DNA of 42,890 nucleotides from Anaeroplasma sp. (GCA_045594405.1 JAZNYN010000150.1:1-42890); one strand, 5' to 3'. Shown: positions 8,787 through 17,452, counted from the stretch's first letter. Translations and numbers: made by a program. Notes: generated by a model not told the origin, from the letters alone.

Positions 8787-9734
8787 ATGAAGCATATATT
8801 ACAAAAGATTGAAGATTTTGATACAATTATCATTCATGGTCATAAAAGACCAGATGGAGATTGTATTGGATCACAATATGGATTAATGCACATTATCAAG
8901 GAATCATATCCTAATAAGAAGGTTATTGTTACTGGAACTACAAGTGACTTTGTATCATTCATTGGTGAGCCTACAATTTTAGAGGATGAGTCATTATTTG
9001 AAAATGCATTATCTATTTGTGTGGATTGTGCAACATCAGATAGATTATCAGACCCTCGTTTTGATAAGGCAAAATATTCAATTAAGATTGATCACCATAT
9101 ACCAGTAGATGATTATGGAGATTATCAATATGTTGACACTACAGCTCCAGCATGCGCTCAAATTATTACTGAGCTTTATATGAACAATAAGGATAAGCTT
9201 GTTATGAATAAAAAAGCAGCTGAAGCATTATACGTGGGCATTAATACAGATACAGGCAGATTTAAATTTGATTCAGTTAAATCAAGAACATTCCTAGCTG
9301 CAGCATGTCTTTTAGATAATGGTGTAGATATTGGATATATCGATAATCAATTATCTGTTGAAACATTAGATACATTAAAGCTAAAGGGATATGTATTATC
9401 TAACTTTAAGATAGCCCCTAATGGATTTGCATATATCCTAATGATAAGGGATATAATTAATCAATATAATGTATCTGATGAGGATGCTGCCGCACAGGTA
9501 TCTACTATTTCTACAATCGAAGGCTCACCTGTATGGGCACTATTTATGGAATACCCTAATGAAATTAGAGTGCGTCTTCGTTCTCGTGGACCAGTCATTA
9601 ATACTCTTGCTGAAGAATATAATGGTGGTGGTCACGCTAAAGCATCAGGCGCTACCCTTGCATCTTGGGATGATTTAGAGGGCTTTGTTAATAAGGCCGA
9701 TGCTATTGTAAAAGAATACAAAGAAACACTATAA
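8787..9734 (+). CDS. nrnA: DHH/DHHA1 oligoribonuclease / pAp phosphatase (nanoRNase A)
   Basis: HKRPDGDCIGS, IDHH, TDTGRF, RVRLRSR, GGGHAKASG motifs; 315 aa. Confidence 0.9.
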   Translation: MKHILQKIEDFDTIIIHGHKRPDGDCIGSQYGLMHIIKESYPNKKVIVTGTTSDFVSFIGEPTILEDESLFENALSICVDCATSDRLSDPRFDKAKYSIKIDHHIPVDDYGDYQYVDTTAPACAQIITELYMNNKDKLVMNKKAAEALYVGINTDTGRFKFDSVKSRTFLAAACLLDNGVDIGYIDNQLSVETLDTLKLKGYVLSNFKIAPNGFAYILMIRDIINQYNVSDEDAAAQVSTISTIEGSPVWALFMEYPNEIRVRLRSRGPVINTLAEEYNGGGHAKASGATLASWDDLEGFVNKADAIVKEYKETL

Positions 9735-9757
9735 AATAAAAATCTTAAAAAATAGTG

Positions 9758-9786
9758 TTGCATTTCAAAATAGAATTTAGTATAAT
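9758..9786 (+). promoter_or_regulatory. SigA promoter of the tRNA gene
   Basis: TTGCAT-17 nt-TATAAT with an A-rich upstream tract. Confidence 0.8.
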
Positions 9787-9817
9787 TGAAAAGGACTCCC
9801 AAAAAGAGTCCTAATAT

Positions 9818-9892
9818 AGGAATATAGCCAAGCGGTAAGGCAAAGGACTTTGACTCCTTCACGCGCTGGTTCGAATCCAGCTATTCCTGCCA
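9818..9892 (+). tRNA. tRNA-Gln (anticodon TTG)
   Basis: Acceptor AGGAATA/TATTCCT, D-arm GCC-AAGCGGTAA-GGC, anticodon arm AAGGA-CTTTGAC-TCCTT, T-arm GCTGG-TTCGAAT-CCAGC, discriminator G, encoded CCA; 75 nt. Confidence 0.97.
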
Positions 9893-9904
9893 TTTTAAAA
9901 ACAT

Positions 9905-9931
9905 GCGACCTTCGGGTCGCTTTTATTTTTT
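9905..9931 (+). terminator. Intrinsic terminator
   Basis: GCGACC-TTCG-GGTCGC followed by a T-rich tail. Confidence 0.92.
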
Positions 9932-10020
9932 GAAAAAGTTGATATTTCTTACAAAAATACTCTTTAAGTTTTTTCTCTTTAATGATATACTAAAAATAGA
10001 TTAGTAAAGGAGAACGATTT

Positions 10021-10248
10021 ATGGATAAGTGGTTTCATAAGCAAAACAGATTTGTACGCGTAATTTTATTATTAATCCCTGTTTGTGGTTGGATTATGGA
10101 AATTGGTGTACGTTGGTCTCATGCAATCAAGAAGGCTAATGCATTAAATGTTATCATGGCATTATTAGTAACTTTCGTTGGTTTAGCTTGGCAATTCATC
10201 GACTGCATTTGGACTTTATTATTCGGTAGAATGATTGGTTACAGATAA
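10021..10248 (+). CDS. Small membrane protein (75 aa)
   Basis: AAAGGAG RBS, two hydrophobic segments, own terminator. Confidence 0.8.
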   Translation: MDKWFHKQNRFVRVILLLIPVCGWIMEIGVRWSHAIKKANALNVIMALLVTFVGLAWQFIDCIWTLLFGRMIGYR

Positions 10249-10262
10249 TTGTGAGACGAATT

Positions 10263-10292
10263 AAAAACCCGGTAAAACGGGTTTTTATTTTT
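10263..10292 (+). terminator. Intrinsic terminator
   Basis: AAAAACCCG-gtaaaa-CGGGTTTTT. Confidence 0.85.
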
Positions 10293-10338
10293 CTATAGAT
10301 GTGTTATAATAGTTACACAATGAAACGGGGTATTTAAT

Positions 10339-11139
10339 ATGGAAATTAAAACACACGATGGTGTGAGTCTTTATTATGAAATAAATAAGGTTGAAAATCC
10401 CAAGGGAACTATTGTTATAGTTCATGGACTTGGAGAAAACCTTAGAAGATATGATACGTTTGTTAAGGAGCTAAATGATGAAGGCTATGTAGTATATCGT
10501 TTTGATCATAGAGGGCACGGTATGAGTGGTGGAAAGCGTGGCTTTGCAAAATCATTTATGGATGTTGTTAAGGATACAGATTTATTTGTTGAAATGTCAA
10601 GAAATGATTATCCAGAGATTAAGCATTTTCTAATGGGGCACAGTATGGGTGGCTTTACAGTTAATGCATACGGCGTTACATATCAAAGCAAGCTAGATGG
10701 TATTATTTCAAGTGCGGCACCGGGTATAATTATGAAAATGACTAAGCCGCTTACCTTTGTGCCATGGAAGCTTATTGGTAATATTAATATGAAGAACAAT
10801 CTTGGCGGCAAGCTATCACACGATCCAAAGGTAGAAGAGGAATATGTTAAGAGCCCACTAAATTTAGCAAAGTATAAAATTAGACTTGCTGGAACTATGT
10901 TTGTTGAGGGTGTAAGATATCTTCACAAAAACATAAACAGCTTTTCATATCCAGTGCTATATCTTCATGGTAAAGAGGATCAAATTGTTGAAAAGGAATC
11001 AACAGAATGGTTGTATTCAAACAATCCATCAAGCGACAAAGAGGTATGCTATTATGATGGAATGTATCACGAAATACTAAACGAATATGAAAGAGAAAAG
11101 GTTGTTAGTGATATTTTAGTTTGGTTAAATAAGTACTAA
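10339..11139 (+). CDS. Alpha/beta hydrolase, lysophospholipase/monoacylglycerol lipase family
   Basis: VHGLGE, FDHRGHG.S, GHSMGG nucleophile elbow, HG.ED, YHEILNE. Confidence 0.9.
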   Translation: MEIKTHDGVSLYYEINKVENPKGTIVIVHGLGENLRRYDTFVKELNDEGYVVYRFDHRGHGMSGGKRGFAKSFMDVVKDTDLFVEMSRNDYPEIKHFLMGHSMGGFTVNAYGVTYQSKLDGIISSAAPGIIMKMTKPLTFVPWKLIGNINMKNNLGGKLSHDPKVEEEYVKSPLNLAKYKIRLAGTMFVEGVRYLHKNINSFSYPVLYLHGKEDQIVEKESTEWLYSNNPSSDKEVCYYDGMYHEILNEYEREKVVSDILVWLNKY

Positions 11140-11156
11140 CAAATAAGAGGTAGTAT

Positions 11157-12305
11157 ATGAAAAGATTAATTAGATTTTTTAGTGCACTGATGCTAATTTT
11201 AGCATTAGCCTCATGTGAAGAAGAAAAACAGGTATATAACGTTAATTATTATATAAATAGTGAGTATATTGGATTTACCAGCGTTAAGGAGGGAGACGCT
11301 CTTCCTGTAGAATTTGATGATATTTATTTTGATGAATTATTTTTATCTTTATCAGAATACATTCGAAAAAATAATATAGAGTATGATGAATTTGATGGTT
11401 GGTATACTGATATTAACTATACCTTCAAGGTAGAAGAAGATTATGTTGTAAAGAAAAAGGTAAGCCTATATGGAAAATTAATTAGTGATTCAATAGAAAA
11501 TCCATCAAATCCAAGCGAACCGTCTGAACCGGGTGAAGCTAATGATCCATATTATAGCGCTGCAGCAGGACTAACTGGTGAGCCATTAAAGGCTGCATTA
11601 AATGATATTATAACTGAAACACACACAAAGAAATTAACATACAGCGAGGTGTGGGCAGCACTTTTAAAAACAGATAAGGGACAAGCAGATAACACTGTAA
11701 TATGTATTTATACAGGTGTTGAATTTAATTATGCTCATCGTGATGGTGCATCTTCTGGTGCGTCTAAGGTTTGGAACAGAGAGCATGTTTGGCCAAACAG
11801 CAAAGGTTTTAGCACTAAAACACACACAGCCTATAGCGACATCCATCATTTGTTCCCTTCTGAAAAAAACATAAATGCATCTCGTGGTAATTCAGATTTT
11901 GGTGAAATTAAGGGAACATCTTATTCATCTGATTCTTATGGAAACAAATGGACAGCAAGCTTATTTGAACCAAGAGATGAGGTTAAGGGAGATCTTGCTA
12001 GAGCATTATTCTATATGCTTGTAAGATATGACGGTGAAACAACAAATTGTGGTTATAGCGACTGTACTCTTGATTTAGAGCTAGTTACAGGCTCTTCCTC
12101 ATCATCTTCTAATTCTGCAGGAAAATCGGGTTATTTAGGAGATTTGAATTATTTAATCAAGTGGCATTATGAGGATCCTGTTTCTGATTATGAGTTAGCA
12201 AGAAACGAAGCTATCTATGGTATTCAAGGTAATAGAAATCCGTTTATTGATCATCCAGAATATATTCTTGCACTATATCCAGAAATAGCAGGACAATATG
12301 CTTAA
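11157..12305 (+). CDS. Lipoprotein with variant B-repeat and endonuclease I (EndA/Bsn-type) domain
   Basis: Lipobox LASC; WNREHVWP.S, DIHHLFP...NASRGN, EPRDEVKGDLARALFYM.VRY, WH..DPVS, QGNRNPFIDHPE. Confidence 0.92.
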   Translation: MKRLIRFFSALMLILALASCEEEKQVYNVNYYINSEYIGFTSVKEGDALPVEFDDIYFDELFLSLSEYIRKNNIEYDEFDGWYTDINYTFKVEEDYVVKKKVSLYGKLISDSIENPSNPSEPSEPGEANDPYYSAAAGLTGEPLKAALNDIITETHTKKLTYSEVWAALLKTDKGQADNTVICIYTGVEFNYAHRDGASSGASKVWNREHVWPNSKGFSTKTHTAYSDIHHLFPSEKNINASRGNSDFGEIKGTSYSSDSYGNKWTASLFEPRDEVKGDLARALFYMLVRYDGETTNCGYSDCTLDLELVTGSSSSSSNSAGKSGYLGDLNYLIKWHYEDPVSDYELARNEAIYGIQGNRNPFIDHPEYILALYPEIAGQYA

Positions 12306-12307
12306 TG

Positions 12308-12338
12308 AAAAAAATCCAGAAATTTTTCTGGTTTTTTT
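12308..12338 (+). terminator. Intrinsic terminator
   Basis: CCAGAAA-tt-TTTCTGG flanked by an A-run and a T-run. Confidence 0.75.
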
Positions 12339-12389
12339 AATTTTTCGTCATTTCTTGCCTATATATTATATGAAAGGTAGGATTAAAAA

Positions 12390-13796
12390 ATGAAGAAAAA
12401 AATATTATTTTTTATTACAGCAATAACAATTTTGCTTGCTGGAAATAATTTTTGCGCCAAAGCTAATGAAACATTAGAGTATGGTGCTCGACCAATGAGG
12501 GTTGGTGATACTTATAATTATTTTGTTTGTGTAGATAACAACGAGGATTTAAAGAGGACAAGCTTTTATAAATATTATGAGCTTTGCTTTGACGATGTTT
12601 ATTGTGATGAGGAACTTTCATACACGCTTACACTAACTAGTAAAACAGGTGAGCTGTATTATTTAGAATGCTCATACACATTCACGGATATATCCTTATC
12701 TTATGTAGAATATAAATTTGATAGTAACGTAATTTATTCTGCAAAGTATGATGGTAAAGCAATTGATGAGGTGATTACTTCAACAAAAATTAATTTTGAG
12801 GAATATACAAAAATCAAAGGTGATTATTTTACTATTACTGGATGGAAGGTTACGAAGGGAAGCATTAGTGACGAATATATTAAGAATATAACAGCCTGTT
12901 GTGTTTTAGCTAACAGATATATAGAAAATGTTGTTTATAGAGAAAAGGACGTATATTTTCTTTGTACAGTTTCTAATCCAACAAGCTTAGAAACTATAAA
13001 AACATATATTTCTGCAACGGATAGTACCTGTGGAGATGTAACACAAAATATAAAAATATATAATAACACCTATGTGGTTGATGATGAACTTACCTCGGGA
13101 ACTTATTCATTTGATGCGTACGTTCATGATAATTATGGAAATGTAACCTATCAAAAATGCTATGTTAGGGTTGTTGATAACATTGGTCCCGTTTTTAGTG
13201 TTAAGCCAGATTATTATCTTGCAAGGACAGATGACTTCCTACAAGAGGAGGATATTCTTGGGCTTTTTGAGGCGGTCGATGCTGTAGATGGTGATAACGT
13301 TCAAATAACATTTTATGATATAGATGAATATTTCTATGATAATCAACAAACGGGTTTTTTCAACTTCTGGATTTACGCAACAGACCAAAGTGGAAATCAA
13401 TCAAAAACATATTTCACTCTAGAGGTAATAGATGCTGATTTTCCAACCATTACCATTGATTCATCATATTCTATTATTATTTCAAAGGGTGACGAATTAA
13501 CGAGTGAGCAAATCCAAAATTACTTTAATAGCCTAGGAATTCTTTCTGCCGAGGTTGTATCGGTTGAATCAGAATATTTTAATTCAAGTGAGCCAGAGGG
13601 TGAATATGATGTTGTATTAACTTTATCTAATGGTAGCCACATTGAAAGTAAAATTATAGTTCATGCAGACAATATAGACTATACGCCTAAGACTGATAGC
13701 AATAATACATTTATTTATGTGGGTGCTTCAATCATTGCAGCTATGCTTGTTATTGTTAGTGCTTTGGCTATTGTTAGATTGAAAAAGAAAAGATAA
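12390..13796 (+). CDS. Surface protein: signal peptide, Ig-like (DUF5011/HYR-like) repeats, C-terminal TM anchor
   Basis: Signal peptide; repeated A.D..(C/D)GD, D..GN and V(V/I)D...P motifs; C-terminal hydrophobic helix followed by RLKKKR. Confidence 0.7.
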   Translation: MKKKILFFITAITILLAGNNFCAKANETLEYGARPMRVGDTYNYFVCVDNNEDLKRTSFYKYYELCFDDVYCDEELSYTLTLTSKTGELYYLECSYTFTDISLSYVEYKFDSNVIYSAKYDGKAIDEVITSTKINFEEYTKIKGDYFTITGWKVTKGSISDEYIKNITACCVLANRYIENVVYREKDVYFLCTVSNPTSLETIKTYISATDSTCGDVTQNIKIYNNTYVVDDELTSGTYSFDAYVHDNYGNVTYQKCYVRVVDNIGPVFSVKPDYYLARTDDFLQEEDILGLFEAVDAVDGDNVQITFYDIDEYFYDNQQTGFFNFWIYATDQSGNQSKTYFTLEVIDADFPTITIDSSYSIIISKGDELTSEQIQNYFNSLGILSAEVVSVESEYFNSSEPEGEYDVVLTLSNGSHIESKIIVHADNIDYTPKTDSNNTFIYVGASIIAAMLVIVSALAIVRLKKKR

Positions 13797-13807
13797 AGTT
13801 GTATAAT
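13779..13807 (+). promoter_or_regulatory. SigA promoter for mnmE
   Basis: TTGAAA-17 nt-TATAAT; supports ATG 13833 rather than 13812. Confidence 0.65.
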
Positions 13808-13832
13808 ACTTATGCGAAGGAGCCGTGGTATT

Positions 13833-15173
13833 ATGGTAGACAACATTTGTGCAATTGCAACCCCATATGGGACTGGAGCCATTTCAATTATTAGATGTAG
13901 TGGTCCTGATGCGATAAGTTTAGTCAATAATATATTTAAGGGTAAAAATTTAAATAAGGTAAAAAGCCACACCATTAATTATGGACACATTATTGAAAAT
14001 GGCGAGATTATAGATGAGGTTGTGTGCAACGTGTATTTAGCTCCGAAATCATTTGATGGAGAAAACACTGTTGAAATTAATTGTCATGGCGGCGTTTATG
14101 TTACTAACTGTATACTACAGGCATTATTGCGTAATGGATTTAGGATGGCTAATAGAGGAGAATTTTCTGAGCGCGCATTTTTAAACAAAAAGCTTGATCT
14201 TACTCAAGCTGAGGCCATTATGGACATTATTAGTGCGACTAATCCAATTGCATTAAAATCATCTAATCAATCATTAAGAAGCCAAACCTTTAACCTGATT
14301 AAAGCATTTAGAGAAAAACTTCTTGATGTTATTGCTAAGATTGAGGTTAATATTGATTATCCAGAATATGATGATGCAATAACTGTAACTAAAGAATATT
14401 TGCTTCCGGTGGTTGAAGATATGATTAGGGACATGCAGCAAATATTAAAAAACTCAAAGATATCAACCATTGCAATTCACGGTATAAAAACGGCAATAGT
14501 GGGCAAGCCTAACGTTGGAAAGAGCAGCCTGCTTAATATGCTTCTTGATGAGGATAAAGCAATCGTTTCATCAATTGCGGGTACTACTCGTGACCTTGTT
14601 GAGGGAAGCTTAAATTTAGGAAACCTTACGCTTCACCTTATTGATACTGCAGGTATTCACGAAAGCGATGATTATGTAGAAGCAATTGGTATTGAAAGAA
14701 GTAATAAGGCAATAGCCGATGCAGATTTGGTTATATTAGTGTTAGATTTATCTAGAGAGCTAGATGATATAGATTATAAGCTGTTAGATTTAACTAAGGA
14801 TAAAAAAAGAATAATTGTTGCCAATAAATCTGACATGCCAAACAAATGGATGCTTAATGGTGTGATAGAAATTTCAGCAAAGAACAAGGAGGGTCTTGTT
14901 GAGCTTGCTGATGAAATAAGCCACATTACAAGTATTGATTCTTTAAATTTTGATGATGGCAATTATTTAAACAACAACCGTCAGGTGAGTCTAATGGAAA
15001 AGGCCTACAACAGCCTTTTAAACGCTCAATCAGCAATAAGTATGGAAATGGACGTTGACTTAATAGAAATCGATATAAAGGCAGCTTTTGACGCTTTAGG
15101 CGAGATTACAGGTGAGTCTAATCCCGAGGAATTAATAACTGCGCTATTCACAAAGTTTTGCTTAGGAAAATAA
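13833..15173 (+). CDS. mnmE: tRNA U34 modification GTPase MnmE (TrmE)
   Basis: AIATP.G.GAISIIR.SG, EINCHGG, GEFSERAFLN.KLDLTQAEA, GKPNVGKSS, GTTRD, DTAG, NKSD, C-terminal FCLGK. Confidence 0.98.
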   Translation: MVDNICAIATPYGTGAISIIRCSGPDAISLVNNIFKGKNLNKVKSHTINYGHIIENGEIIDEVVCNVYLAPKSFDGENTVEINCHGGVYVTNCILQALLRNGFRMANRGEFSERAFLNKKLDLTQAEAIMDIISATNPIALKSSNQSLRSQTFNLIKAFREKLLDVIAKIEVNIDYPEYDDAITVTKEYLLPVVEDMIRDMQQILKNSKISTIAIHGIKTAIVGKPNVGKSSLLNMLLDEDKAIVSSIAGTTRDLVEGSLNLGNLTLHLIDTAGIHESDDYVEAIGIERSNKAIADADLVILVLDLSRELDDIDYKLLDLTKDKKRIIVANKSDMPNKWMLNGVIEISAKNKEGLVELADEISHITSIDSLNFDDGNYLNNNRQVSLMEKAYNSLLNAQSAISMEMDVDLIEIDIKAAFDALGEITGESNPEELITALFTKFCLGK

Positions 15174-15177
15174 AAAT

Positions 15178-15219
15178 AAACCACACCGTTGGTTCTATAC
15201 GAACCGGTGTGGTTTTTTT
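15178..15219. terminator. Bidirectional terminator between convergent genes
   Basis: AAACCACACC..GGTTC-tatac-GAACC-GGTGTGGTTT bulged stem, T-run on the right and A-rich left side. Confidence 0.8.
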
Positions 15220-15221
15220 CT

Positions 15222-16454
15222 TTACAAGCATTCTTTAATTTGCTTTGGTAGCATTCTACATTCTTCTAATGATATTGCAGAGATAGTTACTCTTATTACA
15301 TTACCCATTGGAATACAATGGATTTTTCTTTCTACTAATCTTTCATATGTTTTATCCGGATTATCACAAGGAATAGTTATAAAGAAGCCACATTTAAATG
15401 GTAATGTTTTAAGACCTACCCTTTGACACTCTTCTAGGAATGTGTTAGCTCTAGCAAGTAATGTTTCTCTAGATTTGTTTAGCTCTAGCTTAAATGATTC
15501 TAGCATATCGTTATCTAGCACGATTTTTGAAATAAGGTTAGCACCAAGATTTGTTGCGTTTGACCACTTAGCACGAGAAGAGAATTTATTTGCTCGATTA
15601 AAATCCTCGATATCCTCCTTGTTTTTGCTTAAGCCCACCATAGCACCTATTCTTACACCATATAATGCAAGTGTTTTTGAACCTGAAAAAGCTAAGATAG
15701 TTAGTACATTGTCATTAAGCTTTTTAAATCTTAATATGTTATCTCTTGTTGCCTTTAAGCCTCGATAATCATAATCAATATACGCCATATCTAATAATAG
15801 CACAACAGGTGTGTTATCCTTTGAAATCTCATTTATTAACGAAATAACACCTTCCCATTCTATGTCAGTCATAGTATAGCCTGTTGGATTGTGACAAGGA
15901 TCATTTATTACAAGCACAACTCTATTTTGTGCAGCCTTAAGCTCATACATCTTTGATTTTAAATCATCAAGATTAAAGCCCCCATCCTCATTAAATAGCT
16001 TATATGTATCATATGAAGAAAAGGATTCATATGTGAATTGCTTATAGTTACCCCACATATAATTTGGAAGCAACGCCTTTTCATCAGGGTTTAAATAATT
16101 TGCGAATGTGTTAGAAATAGCGCCACTACCACCAGGTGTTGCAGTAACACCAACATACATAGAGCTTGTTATTTCATCATAATAATCTTGAAATATCCAA
16201 CGCTTTACAGCCTCATGAAATTGTGGGCTTCCTGGTGTAGATGCATATGCATATTTTTCATCATCTGAAAGTAAGCTAAGAGCTTTGTTTACACTATCAA
16301 AAACAAATAGCTTTCCCTTTTCATCATAAAGCATACCGATTGTTGCGTTAACAACCTCGGGATCCTTTTTCTTCATTTCCTTTGCGATGGCACCTAATGT
16401 AATAATATTACTTTTATCCTCTTTAATAATGCTTCTTTTAGCAAGCAGTGACAT
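15222..16454 (-). CDS. PLP-dependent class I/II aminotransferase (aspartate/aromatic type)
   Basis: NATIG, TPGGSGA, NDPCHNPTG, LDMAY, SGSKT..YGVRIG; ATG 16454 follows GAGGGGAG. Confidence 0.9.
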   Translation of the reverse strand: MSLLAKRSIIKEDKSNIITLGAIAKEMKKKDPEVVNATIGMLYDEKGKLFVFDSVNKALSLLSDDEKYAYASTPGSPQFHEAVKRWIFQDYYDEITSSMYVGVTATPGGSGAISNTFANYLNPDEKALLPNYMWGNYKQFTYESFSSYDTYKLFNEDGGFNLDDLKSKMYELKAAQNRVVLVINDPCHNPTGYTMTDIEWEGVISLINEISKDNTPVVLLLDMAYIDYDYRGLKATRDNILRFKKLNDNVLTILAFSGSKTLALYGVRIGAMVGLSKNKEDIEDFNRANKFSSRAKWSNATNLGANLISKIVLDNDMLESFKLELNKSRETLLARANTFLEECQRVGLKTLPFKCGFFITIPCDNPDKTYERLVERKIHCIPMGNVIRVTISAISLEECRMLPKQIKECL

Positions 16455-16494
16455 AACCAACACTCCCCTCAATATACTATTTATTTTATTCTAT

Positions 16495-16528
16495 AAAAAA
16501 GCAAAAGGCAAGAATTTTCTTGCCTTGC
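16495..16528 (-). terminator. Intrinsic terminator of the Hsp20 pair
   Basis: AAGGCAAGAA-tt-TTCTTGCCTT with an A-run on the left (U-tract on the minus strand). Confidence 0.8.
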
Positions 16529-16542
16529 TAAAATAAAGGAGA

Positions 16543-16944
16543 TTACTCAATGAAAATGCGTTTTGTATTTTCGGGAAGCGGTGTTAATTTAGGGGCATTG
16601 ATATTTAAAACACCGTTGTCTAATTTTGCTTTAATGTTTTCCTCGTCGATATCACCTAGGAAATATGTTCTTTGAATAGAAGATGTATACCTTTCTTTTC
16701 TAATATATTCTTTGTTTTCTTCAACCTCTTTATTTTTGTATGCAGAAATAGTTAGGTAACCATTCTCGTATGTTATAGCTATTTCATCCTTGCTGAAGCC
16801 TGGTATTTCAATTTCAAGGTTATATCCATCTTTGCTTTCTTCTATATCTGTTTTCATATCTTTTGGTTTTAGAATGCTTCCACCAAATAATGAATTCATT
16901 TCATCTAATAATGACTTGTTGTTATATTTTTTAACTAAATACAT
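16543..16944 (-). CDS. Small heat-shock protein (Hsp20/alpha-crystallin)
   Basis: MKTDIEE, EIPGFSKDEI, YENGYLTI, ERY, IKAKLDNGVLNI..PK; AAAGGAG RBS before ATG 16944. Confidence 0.93.
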   Translation of the reverse strand: MYLVKKYNNKSLLDEMNSLFGGSILKPKDMKTDIEESKDGYNLEIEIPGFSKDEIAITYENGYLTISAYKNKEVEENKEYIRKERYTSSIQRTYFLGDIDEENIKAKLDNGVLNINAPKLTPLPENTKRIFIE

Positions 16945-16984
16945 AATTTTCACTCCTTTTCTATTATATGTAAATTTTTATGTT

Positions 16985-17362
16985 CTATTCAATTTTGATA
17001 GCTTTCTTTGTTTTTTCTTCTGGCTTTTTAAGATTAATAACAACCTCTAAAATACCACTATCATATTTTGCTTTAATTGATTCCTCATTAATATTTCCAA
17101 AGCTAATTTCTCTATAATAAGGCAACCTTGAAATTTCTTTAAGAATATAACTCTTTTCGTTTTCCTCTTTGTTAGCTGAAATTTTAAGTATACCATCTTC
17201 AAAGTCTATAACAATATCCCCTTTCTTTACGCCAGGAATTTCAGCATAAACCTTGTAGGCATTTTCCTCTTCGATTACATCAACATTAAAACCCCTTGTT
17301 TTAGGTGTTTGTACTCTAAAATTAAAATCATCAAATAATAAATCGTAAAAATTTGTTCTCAT
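16985..17362 (-). CDS. Small heat-shock protein (Hsp20/alpha-crystallin)
   Basis: VDVIE, AEIPGVKK.DI, FEDGILKI, IKAKYDSGILEV; GGAGG RBS before ATG 17362. Confidence 0.92.
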   Translation of the reverse strand: MRTNFYDLLFDDFNFRVQTPKTRGFNVDVIEEENAYKVYAEIPGVKKGDIVIDFEDGILKISANKEENEKSYILKEISRLPYYREISFGNINEESIKAKYDSGILEVVINLKKPEEKTKKAIKIE

Positions 17363-17387
17363 TTTTAAATCCTCCATAAATCTATAA

Positions 17388-17414
17388 TTAGCACTCTATG
17401 TGGTTGAGTGCCAA
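17388..17414. promoter_or_regulatory. CIRCE element (HrcA operator) 1
   Basis: TTAGCACTC-N9-GAGTGCCAA, one mismatch from consensus TTAGCACTC-N9-GAGTGCTAA. Confidence 0.95.
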
Positions 17415-17424
17415 CCACAATTAT

Positions 17425-17452
17425 ATTATACCACTAAAATTGGCACTGTCAA
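17425..17452 (-). promoter_or_regulatory. SigA promoter of the Hsp20 operon
   Basis: Minus strand TTGACA-16 nt-TATAAT with extended -10 (TGGTATAAT). Confidence 0.85.

Noticed and set aside
282-12305. Nuclease cluster as an anti-phage defence or competence locus
   Set aside because: The nuclease-type proteins are exported lipoproteins; there is no methylase, helicase, ComEC channel, ComEA or pilin. Nutrient scavenging fits better, though a surface defence role is not excluded.
9818-12400. tRNA-Gln as an integration site for an island
   Set aside because: No integrase and no duplicate of the tRNA 3' end was seen in the window; the tRNA is followed directly by its terminator.
15173-15222. Strand switch after mnmE as a sign of oriC or terminus
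   Set aside because: No dnaA, DnaA-box cluster or recognisable dif site; it is a convergent gene junction with a bidirectional terminator.
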